Positions 29,077 to 47,695 of a stretch of DNA of 64,000 nt are shown in pieces; the stretch's first letter is position 1, and every line of letters begins with the position of its first letter. The notes below the pieces were generated by a model. That model was not told the origin of the DNA and ran no database searches. It saw only the letters and a list, made by a program, of their open reading frames with translations. The DNA comes from the human T2T-CHM13v2.0 reference genome, Homo sapiens, in NCBI RefSeq assembly GCF_009914755.1, contig NC_060948.1; one strand, 5' to 3'. The translations under genes and the position numbers were made by a program.

Positions 29077-32000
29077 GGCCTGGAATAAAGTGGAATGCTA
29101 CGGTCTCGAATTGAATAAAAATGTATGGAATGGAATGCAAAGAAACGGAATCAAATGTCATAGAATGTATTGGAATGCAAAAAAATGGAATCCAAAATCA
29201 TTGACTGGAAAGGCTGGGTGTCGAAAGGAATTGACTCCAATGGAATGGAATCGAATGGAATGGAAGTGAATAGAATCGAACTAAATCGAATGGAATGGAA
29301 TTGATAGGAACGGAATGGAAAGGAATGCAATGATTTGGCATGGAATGGAATCAAATGGCATCGAATGGAATGGAATGGAATGCAATGGAATGGAATGTAT
29401 TAGAATGTAATGAACTTTAATGGAATGTACTCGAATGGATTCGACTGGAATGGAATGTTCTGGAAGTGAATGGACTCCAATGGAATGGATTCAAAAGGAA
29501 TGGAATCGTACGGAATGGAATCTAATGGAATGGAATTAAATGGAAATGAATCAAATTGAATAGCACGGAATTGAATTGAATGGAATGGAATGCAATGGAA
29601 TCTAATGAAACGGAAAGGAAAGGAATGGAATGGAATGGAATGGGCTGGAATGGAAAGGAATCGAAACGAATGGAATGGAATCGAACTGAAGAGACTGGAA
29701 TGGAATGCACTGGAATGGAAGGGAGTGTAATGGAAGGTTCTCGAAAAAAATGGAATCGAATGGAATGGAATTGAATGGAACGGAATAGAGTCGAATGGAA
29801 TTGAATGGAATGGAATGGACTAGAGTGAAATGGAATCGAACCACAATGAATGGACAGGAATAGAATGGTCTCGAATTGAATGGAATCGTATGGAATGGCA
29901 TCAAACGGAATGGAATGGACAGCCATGGAATGGAATGCCCTCGATTGCAATGGAGTCGAAACTAATGGACTGGAATAGAATGGACTCGACTGGTACGGAC
30001 TCCAATGGAATGGAATCGAATGGAAGGGAATCGAACGGAATGGACTCAAAGGGAAAAGACTGCAATGGAAAGGTCTCGAATGGAATGGAAATTAATGGAA
30101 TGGAATGGAATCGAATGAAATGGAGTCAAAAGGAATGGAATCGAATGGCAAGAAATCGAATGTAATGGAATCGCAAGGAATTGATGTGAACGGAATGGAA
30201 TGGAATGGAATCCAAAGGAATGGAATAGAATGGAATGGAATCGAATGGAAAGGACTCGAATGGAAATCACTCGAATAGAATGCAATTTAATAAAATAGGA
30301 TCAAATGTAATAGAATGGAATGGAAAGGAATCGAAACGAAAGGAATGGAGACAGATGGAATGGAATGGAACAGAGAGCAATGGTATAGAATGGAATGGAA
30401 TCATCTGGAATGGAATTGAATGGAATGGAATAATATGAAATGGAATGGAATGGAATGGAATGCCCTTGAATTAAATGGACTGGAATGGAATGGACTCAAA
30501 CAGAGTGGAATGGAAAGTGTTGAGATAGAATGGAATGGACTCCTTTGGAATGGTCTAGTATGCAATGCAATCGACTGGCAGGGAATCAAAAGGAATGTAA
30601 TCGAATGGATTAGACTGGAATGCAATGGACTCGAATATATTGGAAACGGAATGCAAAGGAATGGAATGGAATAGTATGGAATGGAATGGAAAGGAATGGA
30701 GTGGAATAGACTAGAGTGGAATGGAATGGACTGGAAAGCAATGGACTGGAATGGAACTTTCTTGAATGGACTGGAATCAAACGGAATGGAATGCAATGCA
30801 ATCAAATGGCATGGAATAAAATAGAATGAAAGAGAATCAAATGGAATTGAATCGAATGGAATCGAATGGATTGGAAAGAATAGAATGGAATGGAATGGAA
30901 TTGACTCAAATGGAATGGACTAGAATGGAATGGATTCGAATGGAAGGCAAAGGAATGGAATCTATTGGAATGGACTGTAATGGAATGGAATGGAAGGGAT
31001 TGGAATGGACTCGAATGGAATGGACTGCAATAGAAAGGATTCGAATGGAATGAAAAAGAATTGAATGGAATAGAACAGAATGGAATCAAATCGAATGAAA
31101 TGGAATGGAATAGAAAGGAATGGAATGAAATGGAATGGAAAGGATTCGAATGGAATGCAATCGAATGGAATGGAATCGAACGGAATGGAATAAAATGGAA
31201 GAAAACTGGCAAGAAATGGAATCGAAATGAATGGAGTGTTATGGAACGGACTCAAAAGGAATTGAATGTAATAGAATGGAGTGGAGTGGACTCGAATATA
31301 ATGGACTGGAATGGAATGAAATCACATGGAATGGGAACGAATGGAATGGAATGGAAAGGAATGGAATCGAATGGAATCGAATTGAAAGGAATCGAATGGA
31401 AGGGAATGAAATTGAATCAACAGGAATGGAAGGGAATAGAATAGACGGTAATGGAATGGACTCGAATAGAATGGACACGAATGCTCAAATTGAATGGACT
31501 CGAATGGAATGGAAACGAAAGGAATGTCATCGAATGGAATTGAATCGATTGGAATGAAATCGCATAGAATGGAGTGGAATCAAATGGAATTGAATCGAAA
31601 GGAAAGGAAGCGAATGGACTGAAATGAAATGGAATGGAATTGAATGGAAAGTAATGCAATGGAATAGAATGGAACGAAATTTCACGGAATGGAATCAAAC
31701 TGAATGGAATCAAATCAATGGAATCAAATCAAATGGAATGGAAAGGAATTGAATGGAGTAGATTGGATTGGATGGGATTGGAATGAAATGTACTGGAAAG
31801 GACTCGAATTTCATGAAACGGAATGGAATGAATTGGAACGGAATGGACTCGAATGGAATGGAATGTCATGGAATGGCATCAAATGGAATGGCATCAAATG
31901 GAATGGAATCGAATGTAATGGAATGGAATGCATTGGAATGGAATGTCCTCTAATGGAATGGATTCGAGTGGAATGGAATCGAATATAATGGAGTCGAATG

Positions 32001-32140
32001 AAATGGAATTGAAAGGAATGGGATCGAATAAAATGGAATATACTGGAATGTAATGTAATGAACTCGAATGTATTTGACTGGAATGGAATGTACATGAATG
32101 GAATGTAATCGAATGGAAAGTAATCCAATGGAATAGAATC
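29077..32140 (+). repeat. Terminal truncated DYZ1 unit at the DYZ1/DYZ2 junction
   Basis: Ends at ...TAATCCAATGGAATAGAATC, where other units continue TAATGCAATAAAATCG. Confidence 0.9.
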
Positions 32141-32867
32141 ATATATGATATATAATATATGTATAATATTGTTTTACATCCTGCATCTTATGTTATATAT
32201 ATTGTATAAAATATAATAATTGATTATATATACTTTTATAACATAATTTACATAAAATATCATAATATAATATATATTATATTATTTCATATTACATAAT
32301 ATATATTACATATCACCCAATATAAGTAACATACATAATATTATAATATAGATTATATTATGTTATATTAAATATCATATATATCATGTATCATATATTC
32401 TATAATATATATTATACATTATATAATATGTATGTTGTCTATTATGTGATATATATAACTATATATATAATTATATTGTTATACATATAACTAGATAAAC
32501 ATGTAATTCTACATATTTTCATTTATAATATATAGAATTATATAATCATATATAATTATTTATATTCTATAAAAAATTATATCATTATATAAATTATAAT
32601 ATATAAAAATTATAATATGTACTACAAACATATATATTATATATCATATATGATATAGTACCTTTGTTATATATCATAATACATATAAATGTGTATTATG
32701 TTATCTATAATTATATACTTTCATATATAAGATGTATAATATGTATTATTTATTATATACGTTATGTAATATATATAGTATATATAAGCTGACACAGGAT
32801 AAATATTATATACTATGACATATAAAATATATGAGGTTATATGTTACATATAAGGCATAGCACATAA

Positions 32868-33182
<315 letters not shown>

Positions 33183-33750
33183 AGATCCATATTTTTTAAA
33201 TGAAAAAAAATTTCAAAGGTACTCTGCTTGGTACAATAGACAAATGTATAAACTGAGGAATAAAACATAACCATGAAAGCTACTTATAACTGCATATGGA
33301 AAATACAGAGGATAATTTTTTAAATAACATATTTTGAAAGCCTTAACTAGTAATTTGAAGAGTTGGCATTTGAAAGGCCAGTATGAATATACCTTCAAAG
33401 ACGCAACACAGGTTCCCCATGAGAAAAAGCAAACTCAGGGAAAATAAAACCACAAAGGTTCAATCTCTTCTGACCTTTGAAAGACACAGCACAGACAGTG
33501 GTCCTTAGGACGAAGAGCAGGAGACCCCTAATTCCGTCACCATGGCGATAGGGCATAAACATTGCTGGGTGAGGGCACAATCCACATTGTGAGGTCCAAG
33601 TGCTGCCAGGAAGACAGGAGTGCTTTTACATAGACCGAAAGGTCATTGAAGGCTCAGAGTTTTGTTTCAAGAACTGAATCCCAAGCCCACACGTTATTAG
33701 GCTGCGCTTCTTAAAACAAGTTATGAGATGGGAAAAAGGGCACCCACAAA
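33183..33750. repeat. HSATI-type non-repetitive segment of DYZ2 (~570 bp); representative copy, follows all 13 Alus
   Basis: Complex sequence AGATCCATATTTT...GGGCACCCACAAA, near-identical after each Alu; name assigned from the known DYZ2 composition. Confidence 0.8.
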
Positions 33751-35602
<1,852 letters not shown>

Positions 35603-37706
35603 AGATCCATATTTTTTAAATGAAAAAAAATTTCAAAGGTACTCTGCTTGGTACAATAATCAAATGTATAAACTGAGGAATAAAACATAACCATGAAACC
35701 TACTTGTAACTGCATATGGAAAATACAGAGGATAATTTTTTAAATAACATATTTTGAAAGCCTTAACTAGTAATTTGAAGAGTTGGCATTTGAAAGGCCA
35801 GTATGAATATACCTTCAAAGCAGCAACACAGGTTCCCCATGAGAAAAAGCAAACTCAGGGAAAATAAAACCACAAAGGTTCAATCTCTTCTGACCTTTGA
35901 AAGACACAGCACAGACAGTGGTCCTTAGGACGAAGAGCAGGAGACCCCTAATTCCGTCACCATGGCGATAGGGCATAAACACTGCTGGGTGAGGGCACAA
36001 TCCACATTGTGAGGTCCAACTGCTGCCAGGAAGACAGGAGTGCTTTTACATAGACCGAAAGGTCATTGAAGGCTCAGAGTTTTGTTTCAAGAACTGAATC
36101 CCAAGCCCACACGTTATTAGGCTGCGCTTCTTAAAACAAGTTATGAGATGGGAAAAAGGGCACCCACAAACATACGTATACATTATGTATATAATAATAT
36201 ACAGTATCATATATATAATATATATAACCTATGTATAATATTGTTTTACATCCTGCATCTTATATTATATATATTGTGTAAAATACAATAATTGATAATA
36301 TATAAGTTTTATATTTATACAATATGACATATAGTATATATTATAATTTATGACATATATAATATATGTTATATATCATATATAGAATATATTATACGGT
36401 TAACATACATATTAAATATAAATTATACATTATATGTATTATATATAATATATCTGCTATATATAATACCCATTATGCATAATATATATATTATGTCTAT
36501 GTTATGTATAGTATAAAACAACGTATAATAATATATAATTGTATATATAAAATGCGACATATAATATATATTATATTTTATGACATCTGTAATATATATT
36601 ATATATTATATATAATACGTTGTATGTATAATACCTATATTAAATATATATTATATGACTATGTTATTAATTACATGTCACATATGTTATATATTATATA
36701 TTTTACATAGAATATACCGGTTACATACAATATATACTATGTTACCTATAATGTATAATATATTACATGTAAAATAAAGAATGCAATATATTATGTGTAA
36801 TTTATAATATACAATATGTGGAATGTGATATATATAACGTATAATATATGATATATGATATACAGTATATGATATATAACATACAATATATGATACCTAA
36901 TATATATGGTATACAATATATATTTTATGATATGTATTCTATATGTTTTATATTCTGCTATATATAACTATTTGAAATTATATATAACTGTATAATATTT
37001 TATGTAAATATGTAATATAATATATATAACTATATAATATATTATATATAACTATATATTATGTTATATATACTTTTATAACTTAATTTACATAAAATAT
37101 CATAGTATAATATATATTATATTACTTCATATTACATAATATATATTACATATCACCCAATATAAGTAACATACATAATATTATAATATACATTATATTA
37201 TGTTATATTAAATATCATATATATCATGTATCATATATTCTATAATATATATTATACGTTATATAATATGCATGTTGTCTATTATGTGATATATATAACT
37301 ATGTATATAATTATATTATTATACATATATCTAGATAAACATGTAATTCTACATATTTTCATTTATAATATATAGAATTACATAATCATATATAATTATT
37401 TATATTCTATAAAAATTATATCATTATATAAATTATAATATATAAAAATTATAATATGTGCTACAAATATATATATTATATATCATATATGATATAGTAC
37501 CTTTGTTATATATGATAATACATATAAATGTGTATTATGTTATCTATAATTATATAATTTCATATATAAGATGTATAATATTTATTATATATTATATATG
37601 TTATGTAATATATATAGTATATATAAGATGACACAGGATAAATATTATATACTATGACATATAAAATATATGAGGTTATATGTTACATATCAGGCATAGC
37701 ACATAA

Positions 37707-38021
<315 letters not shown>

Positions 38022-40123
38022 AGATCCATATTTTTTAAATGAAAAAAAATTTCAAAGGTACTCTGCTTGGTACAATAATCAAATGTATAAACTGAGGAAT
38101 AAAACATAACCATGAAACCTACTTGTAACTGCATATGGAAATTACAGAGGATAATTTTTTAAATAACATATTTTGAAAGCCTTAACTAGTAATTTGAAGA
38201 GTTGGCATTTGAAAGGCCAGTATGAATATACCTTCAAAGCAGCAACACAGGTTCCCCATGAGAAAAAGCAAACTCAGGGAAAATAAAACCACAAAGGTTC
38301 AATCTCTTCTGACCTTTGAAAGACACAGCACAGACAGTGGTCCTTAGGACGAAGAGCAGGAGACCCCTAATTCCGTCACCATGGCGATAGGGCATAAACA
38401 CTGCTGGGTGAGGGCACAATCCACATTGTGAGGTCCAACTGCTGCCAGGAAGACAGGAGTGCTTTTACATAGACCGAAAGGTCATTGAAGGCTCAGAGTT
38501 TTGTTTCAAGAACTGAATCCCAAGCCCACACGTTATTAGGCTGCGCTTCTTAAAACAAGTTATGAGATGGGAAAAAGGGCACCCACAAACATACGTATAC
38601 ATTATGTATATAATAATATACAGTATCATATATATAATATATATAACCTATGTATAATATTGTTTTACATCCTGCATCTTATATTATATATATTGTGTAA
38701 AATATAATAATTGATAATATATAAGTTTTATATTTATACAATATGACATATAGTATATATTATAATTTATGACATATATAATATATGTTATATATCATAT
38801 ATAGAATATATTATACGGTTAATATACGTATTAAATATAAATTATACATTATATATATTATATATAATATATCTGCTATATATAATACCCATTATGCATA
38901 ATATATATATTATGTGTATGTTATGTATAGTATAAAACAACATATAATAATATATAATTGTATATATAAAATGCGACATATAATATATATTATATTTTAT
39001 GACATCTGTAATATATATTATATATTATATATAATACGTTGTATGTATAATACCTATATTAAATATATATTATATGACTATGTTATTAATTACATGTCAC
39101 ATATGTTATATATTATATATTTTACATAGAATATACCGATTACATACAATATATACTATGTTACCTATAATGTATAATTTATTACATGTAAAATAAAGAA
39201 TGCAATATATTATGTGTAATTTATAATATACAATATGTGGAATGTGATATATATAACATATAATATATGATATATGATATACAGTATATGATATATAACA
39301 TGCAATATATGATACCTAATATATATGGTATACAATATATATTTTATGATATGTATTCTATATGTTTTATATTCTGTTATATATAACTATTTGAAATTAT
39401 ATATAACTGTATAATATTTTATGTAAATATGTAATATAATATATATAACTATATAATATATTATATATAACTATATATTATGTTATATATACTTTTATAA
39501 CTTAATTTACATAAAATAACATATTATAATATATATTATATTACTTCACATTACATAATATATATTACATATCACCCAATATAAGTAACATACATATTAT
39601 AATATACATTATATTATGTTATATTAAATATCATATATATCATGTATCATATATTCTATAATATATATTATACATTATATAATATGCATGTTGTCTATTA
39701 TGTGATATATATAACTATATATATAATTATATTATTATACATATAACTAGATAAACATGTAATTCTACATATTTTCATTTATAATATATAGAATTACATA
39801 ATCATATATAATTATTTATATTCTATAAAAAATTATATCATCATATAAATTATAATATATAAAAATTATAATATGTACTACAAATATATATATTATATAT
39901 CATATATGATATAGTACCTTTGTTATATATCATAATACATATAAATGTGTATTATGTTATCTATAATTATATAATTTCGTATATAACATGTATAATATTT
40001 ATTATATATTATATATGTTATGTAATATATATAGTATATATAAGATGACACAGGATAAATATTATATACTATGACATATAAAATATATGAGGTTATATGT
40101 TACATATAAGGCATAGCACATAA

Positions 40124-40438
<315 letters not shown>

Positions 40439-42542
40439 AGATCCATATTTTTTAAATGAAAAAAAATTTCAAAGGTACTCTGCTTGGTACAATAATCAAA
40501 TGTATAAACTGAGGAATAAAACATAACCATGAAACCTACTTGTAACTGCATATGGAAAATACAGAGGATAATTTTTTAAATAACATATTTTGAAAGCCTT
40601 AACTAGTAATTTGAAGAGTTGGCATTTGAAAGGCCAGTATGAATATACCTTCAAAGCAGCAACACAGGTTCCCCATGAGAAAAAGCAAACTCAGGGAAAA
40701 TAAAACCACAAAGGTTCAATCTCTTCTGACCTTTGAAAGACACAGCACAGACAGTGGTCCTTAGGACGAAGAGCAGGAGACCCCTAATTCCGTCACCATG
40801 GCGATAGGGCATAAACACTGCTGGGTGAGGGCACAATCCACATTGTGAGGTCCAACTGCTGCCAGGAAGACAGGAGTGCTTTTACATAGACCGAAAGGTC
40901 ATTGAAGGCTCAGAGTTTTGTTTCAAGAACTGAATCCCAAGCCCACACGTTATTAGGCTGCGCTTCTTAAAACAAGTTATGAGATGGGAAAAAGGGCACC
41001 CACAAACATACGTATACATTATGTATATAATAATATACAGTATCATATATATAATATATATAACCTATGTATAATATTGTTTTACATCCTGCATCTTATA
41101 TTATATATATTGTGTAAAATACAATAATTGATAATATATAAGTTTTATATTTATACAATATGACATATAGTATATATTATAATTTATGACATATATAATA
41201 TATGTTATATATCATATATAGAATATATTATACGGTTAACATACATATTAAATATAAATTATACATTATATGTATTATATATAATATATCTGCTATATAT
41301 AATACCCATTATGCATAATATATATATTATGTCTATGTTATGTATAGTATAAAACAACGTATAATAATATATAATTGTATATATAAAATGCGACATATAA
41401 TATATATTATATTTTATGACATCTGTAATATATATTATATATTATATATAATACGTTGTATGTATAATACCTATATTAAATATATATTATATGACTATGT
41501 TATTAATTACATGTCACATATGTTATATATTATATATTTTACATAGAATATACCGGTTACATACAATATATACTATGTTACCTATAATGTATAATATATT
41601 ACATGTAAAATAAAGAATGCAATATATTATGTGTAATTTATAATATACAATATGTGGAATGTGATATATATAACGTATAATATATGATATATGATATACA
41701 GTATATGATATATAACATACAATATATGATACCTAATATATATGGTATACAATATATATTTTATGATATGTATTCTATATGTTTTATATTCTGCTATATA
41801 TAACTATTTGAAATTATATATAACTGTATAATATTTTATGTAAATATGTAATATAATATATATAACTATATAATATATTATATATAACTATATATTATGT
41901 TATATATACTTTTATAACTTAATTTACATAAAATATCATAGTATAATATATATTATATTACTTCATATTACATAATATATATTACATATCACCCAATATA
42001 AGTAACATACATAATATTATAATATACATTATATTATGTTATATTAAATATCATATATATCATGTATCATATATTCTATAATATATATTATACGTTATAT
42101 AATATGCATGTTGTCTATTATGTGATATATATAACTATGTATATAATTATATTATTATACATATATCTAGATAAACATGTAATTCTACATATTTTCATTT
42201 ATAATATATAGAATTACATAATCATATATAATTATTTATATTCTATAAAAATTATATCATTATATAAATTATAATATATAAAAATTATAATATGTGCTAC
42301 AAATATATATATTATATATCATATATGATATAGTACCTTTGTTATATATGATAATACATATAAATGTGTATTATGTTATCTATAATTATATAATTTCATA
42401 TATAAGATGTATAATATTTATTATATATTATATATGTTATGTAATATATATAGTATATATAAGATGACACAGGATAAATATTATATACTATGACATATAA
42501 AATATATGAGGTTATATGTTACATATAAGGCATAGCACATAA

Positions 42543-42857
<315 letters not shown>

Positions 42858-44962
42858 AGATCCATATTTTTTAAATGAAAAAAAATTTCAAAGGTACTCT
42901 GCTTGGTACAATAATCAAATGTATAAACTGAGGAATAAAACATAACCATGAAACCTACTTGTAACTGCATATGGAAATTACAGAGGATAATTTTTTAAAT
43001 AACATATTTTGAAAGCCTTAACTAGTAATTTGAAGAGTTGGCATTTGAAAGGCCAGTATGAATATACCTTCAAAGCAGCAACACAGGTTCCCCATGAGAA
43101 AAAGCAAACTCAGGGAAAATAAAACCACAAAGGTTCAATCTCTTCTGACCTTTGAAAGACACAGCACAGACAGTGGTCCTTAGGACGAAGAGCAGGAGAC
43201 CCCTAATTCCGTCACCATGGCGATAGGGCATAAACACTGCTGGGTGAGGGCACAATCCACATTGTGAGGTCCAACTGCTGCCAGGAAGACAGGAGTGCTT
43301 TTACATAGACCGAAAGGTCATTGAAGGCTCAGAGTTTTGCTTCAAGAACTGAATCCCAAGCCCACACGTTATTAGGCTGCGCTTCTTAAAACAAGTTATG
43401 AGATGGGAAAAAGGGCACCCACAAACATACGTATACATTATGTATATAATAATATACAGTATCATATATATAATATATATAACCTATGTATAATATTGTT
43501 TTACATCCTGCATCTTATATTATATATATTGTGTAAAATATAATAATTGATAATATATAAGTTTTATATTTATACAATATGACATATAGTATATATTATA
43601 ATTTATGAGATATATAATATATGTTATATATCATATATAGAATATATTATACGGTTAATATACGTATTAAATATAAATTATACATTATATATATTATATA
43701 TAATATATCTGCTATATATAATACCCATTATGCATAATATATATATTATGTCTATGTTATGTATAGTATAAAACAACATATAATAATATATAATTGTATA
43801 TATAAAATGCGACATATAATATATATTATATTTTATGACATCTGTAATATATATTATATATTATATATAATACGTTGTATGTATAATACCTATATTAAAT
43901 ATATATTGTATGACTATGTTATTAATTACATGTCACATATGTTATATATTATATACTTTACATAGAATATACCGGTTACATACAATATATACTATGTTAC
44001 CTATAATGTATAATTTATTACATGTAAAATAATGAATGCAATATATTATGTGTAATTTATAATATACAATATGTGGAATGTGATATATATAACGTATAAT
44101 ATATGATATATGATATACAGTATATGATATATAACATACAATATATGATACCTAATATATATGGTATACAATATATATTTTATGATATGTATTCTATATG
44201 TTTTATATTCTGTTATATATAACTATTTGAAATTATATATAACTGTATAATATTTTATGTAAATATGTAATATAATATATATAACTATATAATATATTAT
44301 ATATAACTATATATTATGTTATATATACTTTTATAACTTAATTTACATAAAATATCATAGTATAATATATATTATATTACTTCATATTACATAATATATA
44401 TTACATATCACCCAATATAAGTAACATACATAATATTATAATATACATTATATTATGTTATATTAAATATCATATATATCATGTATCATATATTCTATAA
44501 TATATATTATACGTTATATAATATGCATGTTGTCTATTATGTGATATATATAACTATATATATAATTATATTATTATACATATAACTAGATAAACATGAA
44601 ATTCTACATATTTTCATTTATAATATATAGAATTATATAATCATATATAGTTATTTATATTCTATAAAATATTATAGCTTTATATAAATTATAATATATA
44701 AAAATTATAATATGTACTACAAATATATATATTGTATATCATATATGATATAGTACCTTTGTTATATATGATAATACATATAAATGTGTATTATGTTATC
44801 TATAATTATATAATTTCATATATAAGATGTATAATATTTATTATATATTATATATGTTATGTAATATATATAGTATATATAAGATGACACAGGATAAATA
44901 TTATATACTATGACATATAAAATATATGAGGTTATATGTTACATATAAGGCATAGCACATAA

Positions 44963-45277
<315 letters not shown>

Positions 45278-47380
45278 AGATCCATATTTTTTAAATGAAA
45301 AAAAATTTCAAAGGTACTCTGCTTGGTACAATAATCAAATGTATAAACTGAGGAATAAAACATAACCATGAAACCTACTTATAACTGCATATGGAAATTA
45401 CAGAGGATAATTTTTTAAATAACATATTTTGAAAGCCTTAACTAGTAATTTGAAGAGTTGGCATTTGAAAGGCCAGTATGAATATACCTTCAAAGCAGCA
45501 ACACAGGTTCCCCATGAGAAAAAGCAAACTCAGGGAAAATAAAACCACAAAGGTTCAATCTCTTCTGACCTTTGAAAGACACAGCACAGACAGTGGTCCT
45601 TAGGACGAAGAGCAGGAGACCCCTAATTCCGTCACCATGGCGATAGGGCATAAACACTGCTGGGTGAGGGCACAATCCACATTGTGAGGTCCAACTGCTG
45701 CCAGGAAGACAGGAGTGCTTTTACATAGACCGAAAGGTCATTGAAGGCTCAGAGTTTTGTTTCAAGAACTGAATCCCAAGCCCACACGTTATTAGGCTGC
45801 GCTTCTTAAAACAAGTTATGAGATGGGAAAAAGGGCACCCACAAACATACGTATACATTATGTATATAATAATATACAGTATCATATATATAATATATAT
45901 AACCTATGTATAATATTGTTTTACATCCTGCATCTTATATTATATATATTGTGTAAAATACAATAATTGATAATACATAAGTTTTATATTTATACAATAT
46001 GACATATAGTATATATTATAATTTATGACATATATAATATATGTTATATATCATATATAGAATATATTATACGGTTAATATACGTATTAAATATAAATTA
46101 TACATTATATATATTATATATAATATATCTGCTATATATAATACACATTATGCATAATATATATATTATGTCTATGTTATGTATAGTATAAAACAACGTA
46201 TAATAATATATAATTGTATATATAAAATGCGACATATAATATATATTATATTTTATGACATCTGTAATATATATTATATATTATATATAATACGTTGTAT
46301 GTATAATACCTATATTAAATATATATTATATGACTATGTTATTAATTACATGTCACATATGTTATATATTATATATTTTACATAGAATATACCGGTTACA
46401 TACAATATATACTATGTTACCTATAATGTATAATATATTACATGTAAAATAAAGAATGCAATATATTATGTGTAATTTATAATATACAATATGTGGAATG
46501 TGATATATATAACGTATAATATATGATATATGATATACAGTATATGATATATAACATACAATATATGATACATAATATATATGGTATACAATATATATTT
46601 TAGGATATGTATTCTATATGTTTTATATTCTGTTATATATAACTATTTGAAATTATATATAACTGTATAATATTTTATGTAAATATGTAATATAATATAT
46701 ATAACTATGTAATATATTATATATAACTATATATTATGTTATATATACTTTTATAACTTAATTTACATAAAATATCATAGTATAATATATATTATATTAC
46801 TTCATATTACATAATATATATTACATATCACCCAATATAAGTAACATACATAATATTATAATATACATTATATTATGTTATATTAAATATCATATATATC
46901 ATGTATCATATATTCTATAATATATATTATACGTTATATAATATGCATGTTGTCTATTATGTGATATATATAACTATATATATAATTATATTATTATACA
47001 TATATCTAGATAAACATGTAATTCTACATATTTTCATTTATAATATATAGAATTACATAATCATATATAATTATTTATATTCTATAAAAAATTATATCAT
47101 TATATAAATTATAATATATAAAAATTATAATATGTGCTACAAATATATATATTATATATCATATATGATATAGTACCTTTGTTATATATGATAATACATA
47201 TAAATGTGTATTATGTTATCTATAATTATATAATTTCATATATAAGATGTATAATATTTATTATATATTATATATGTTATGTAATATATAGTATATATAA
47301 GATGACACAGGATAAATATTATATACTATGACATATAAAATATATGAGGTTATATGTTACATATAAGGCATAGCACATAA

Positions 47381-47695
<315 letters not shown>

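Larger units (their letters stand above)
1..32140 (+). repeat. DYZ1: DYZ1 / human satellite 3 (HSat3) array, GGAAT strand on +, ~9 units of ~3.55 kb
   Basis: Degenerate GAATG pentamers throughout. Unique motifs (GGACAGGCCTGGAATAAAG, AGGCTGGGTGTCG, GAAAACTGGCAAG) recur once per ~3.55 kb. GGCC sites at 1270, 4829, 7788, 11337, 14906, 18450, 21994, 25543, 29077. Matches the known ~3.56-kb Y-specific HaeIII repeat and lies next to a DYZ2-type array. Confidence 0.96.

Noticed and set aside
47-32142. Many ORFs such as MEWNGMEWN.. (+) and FHSIPFHSIP.. (-), up to 333 aa
   Set aside because: Direct translations of GGAAT/ATTCC pentamers, which lack stop codons; ORF ends shift with single variants; no gene structure
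33395-33580. 61-aa minus-strand ORF MCPHPAVFMPYRHGDG.. repeated in every DYZ2 unit
   Set aside because: Recurrence follows from near-identity of the units; short, no recognisable domain, and the stop is lost in the last copy. Would need Ribo-seq or proteomic support.
36504-36710. Ile/Tyr-rich ~68-aa ORFs in the AT-rich blocks
   Set aside because: Low-complexity artefact of TA repeats; absent in several units
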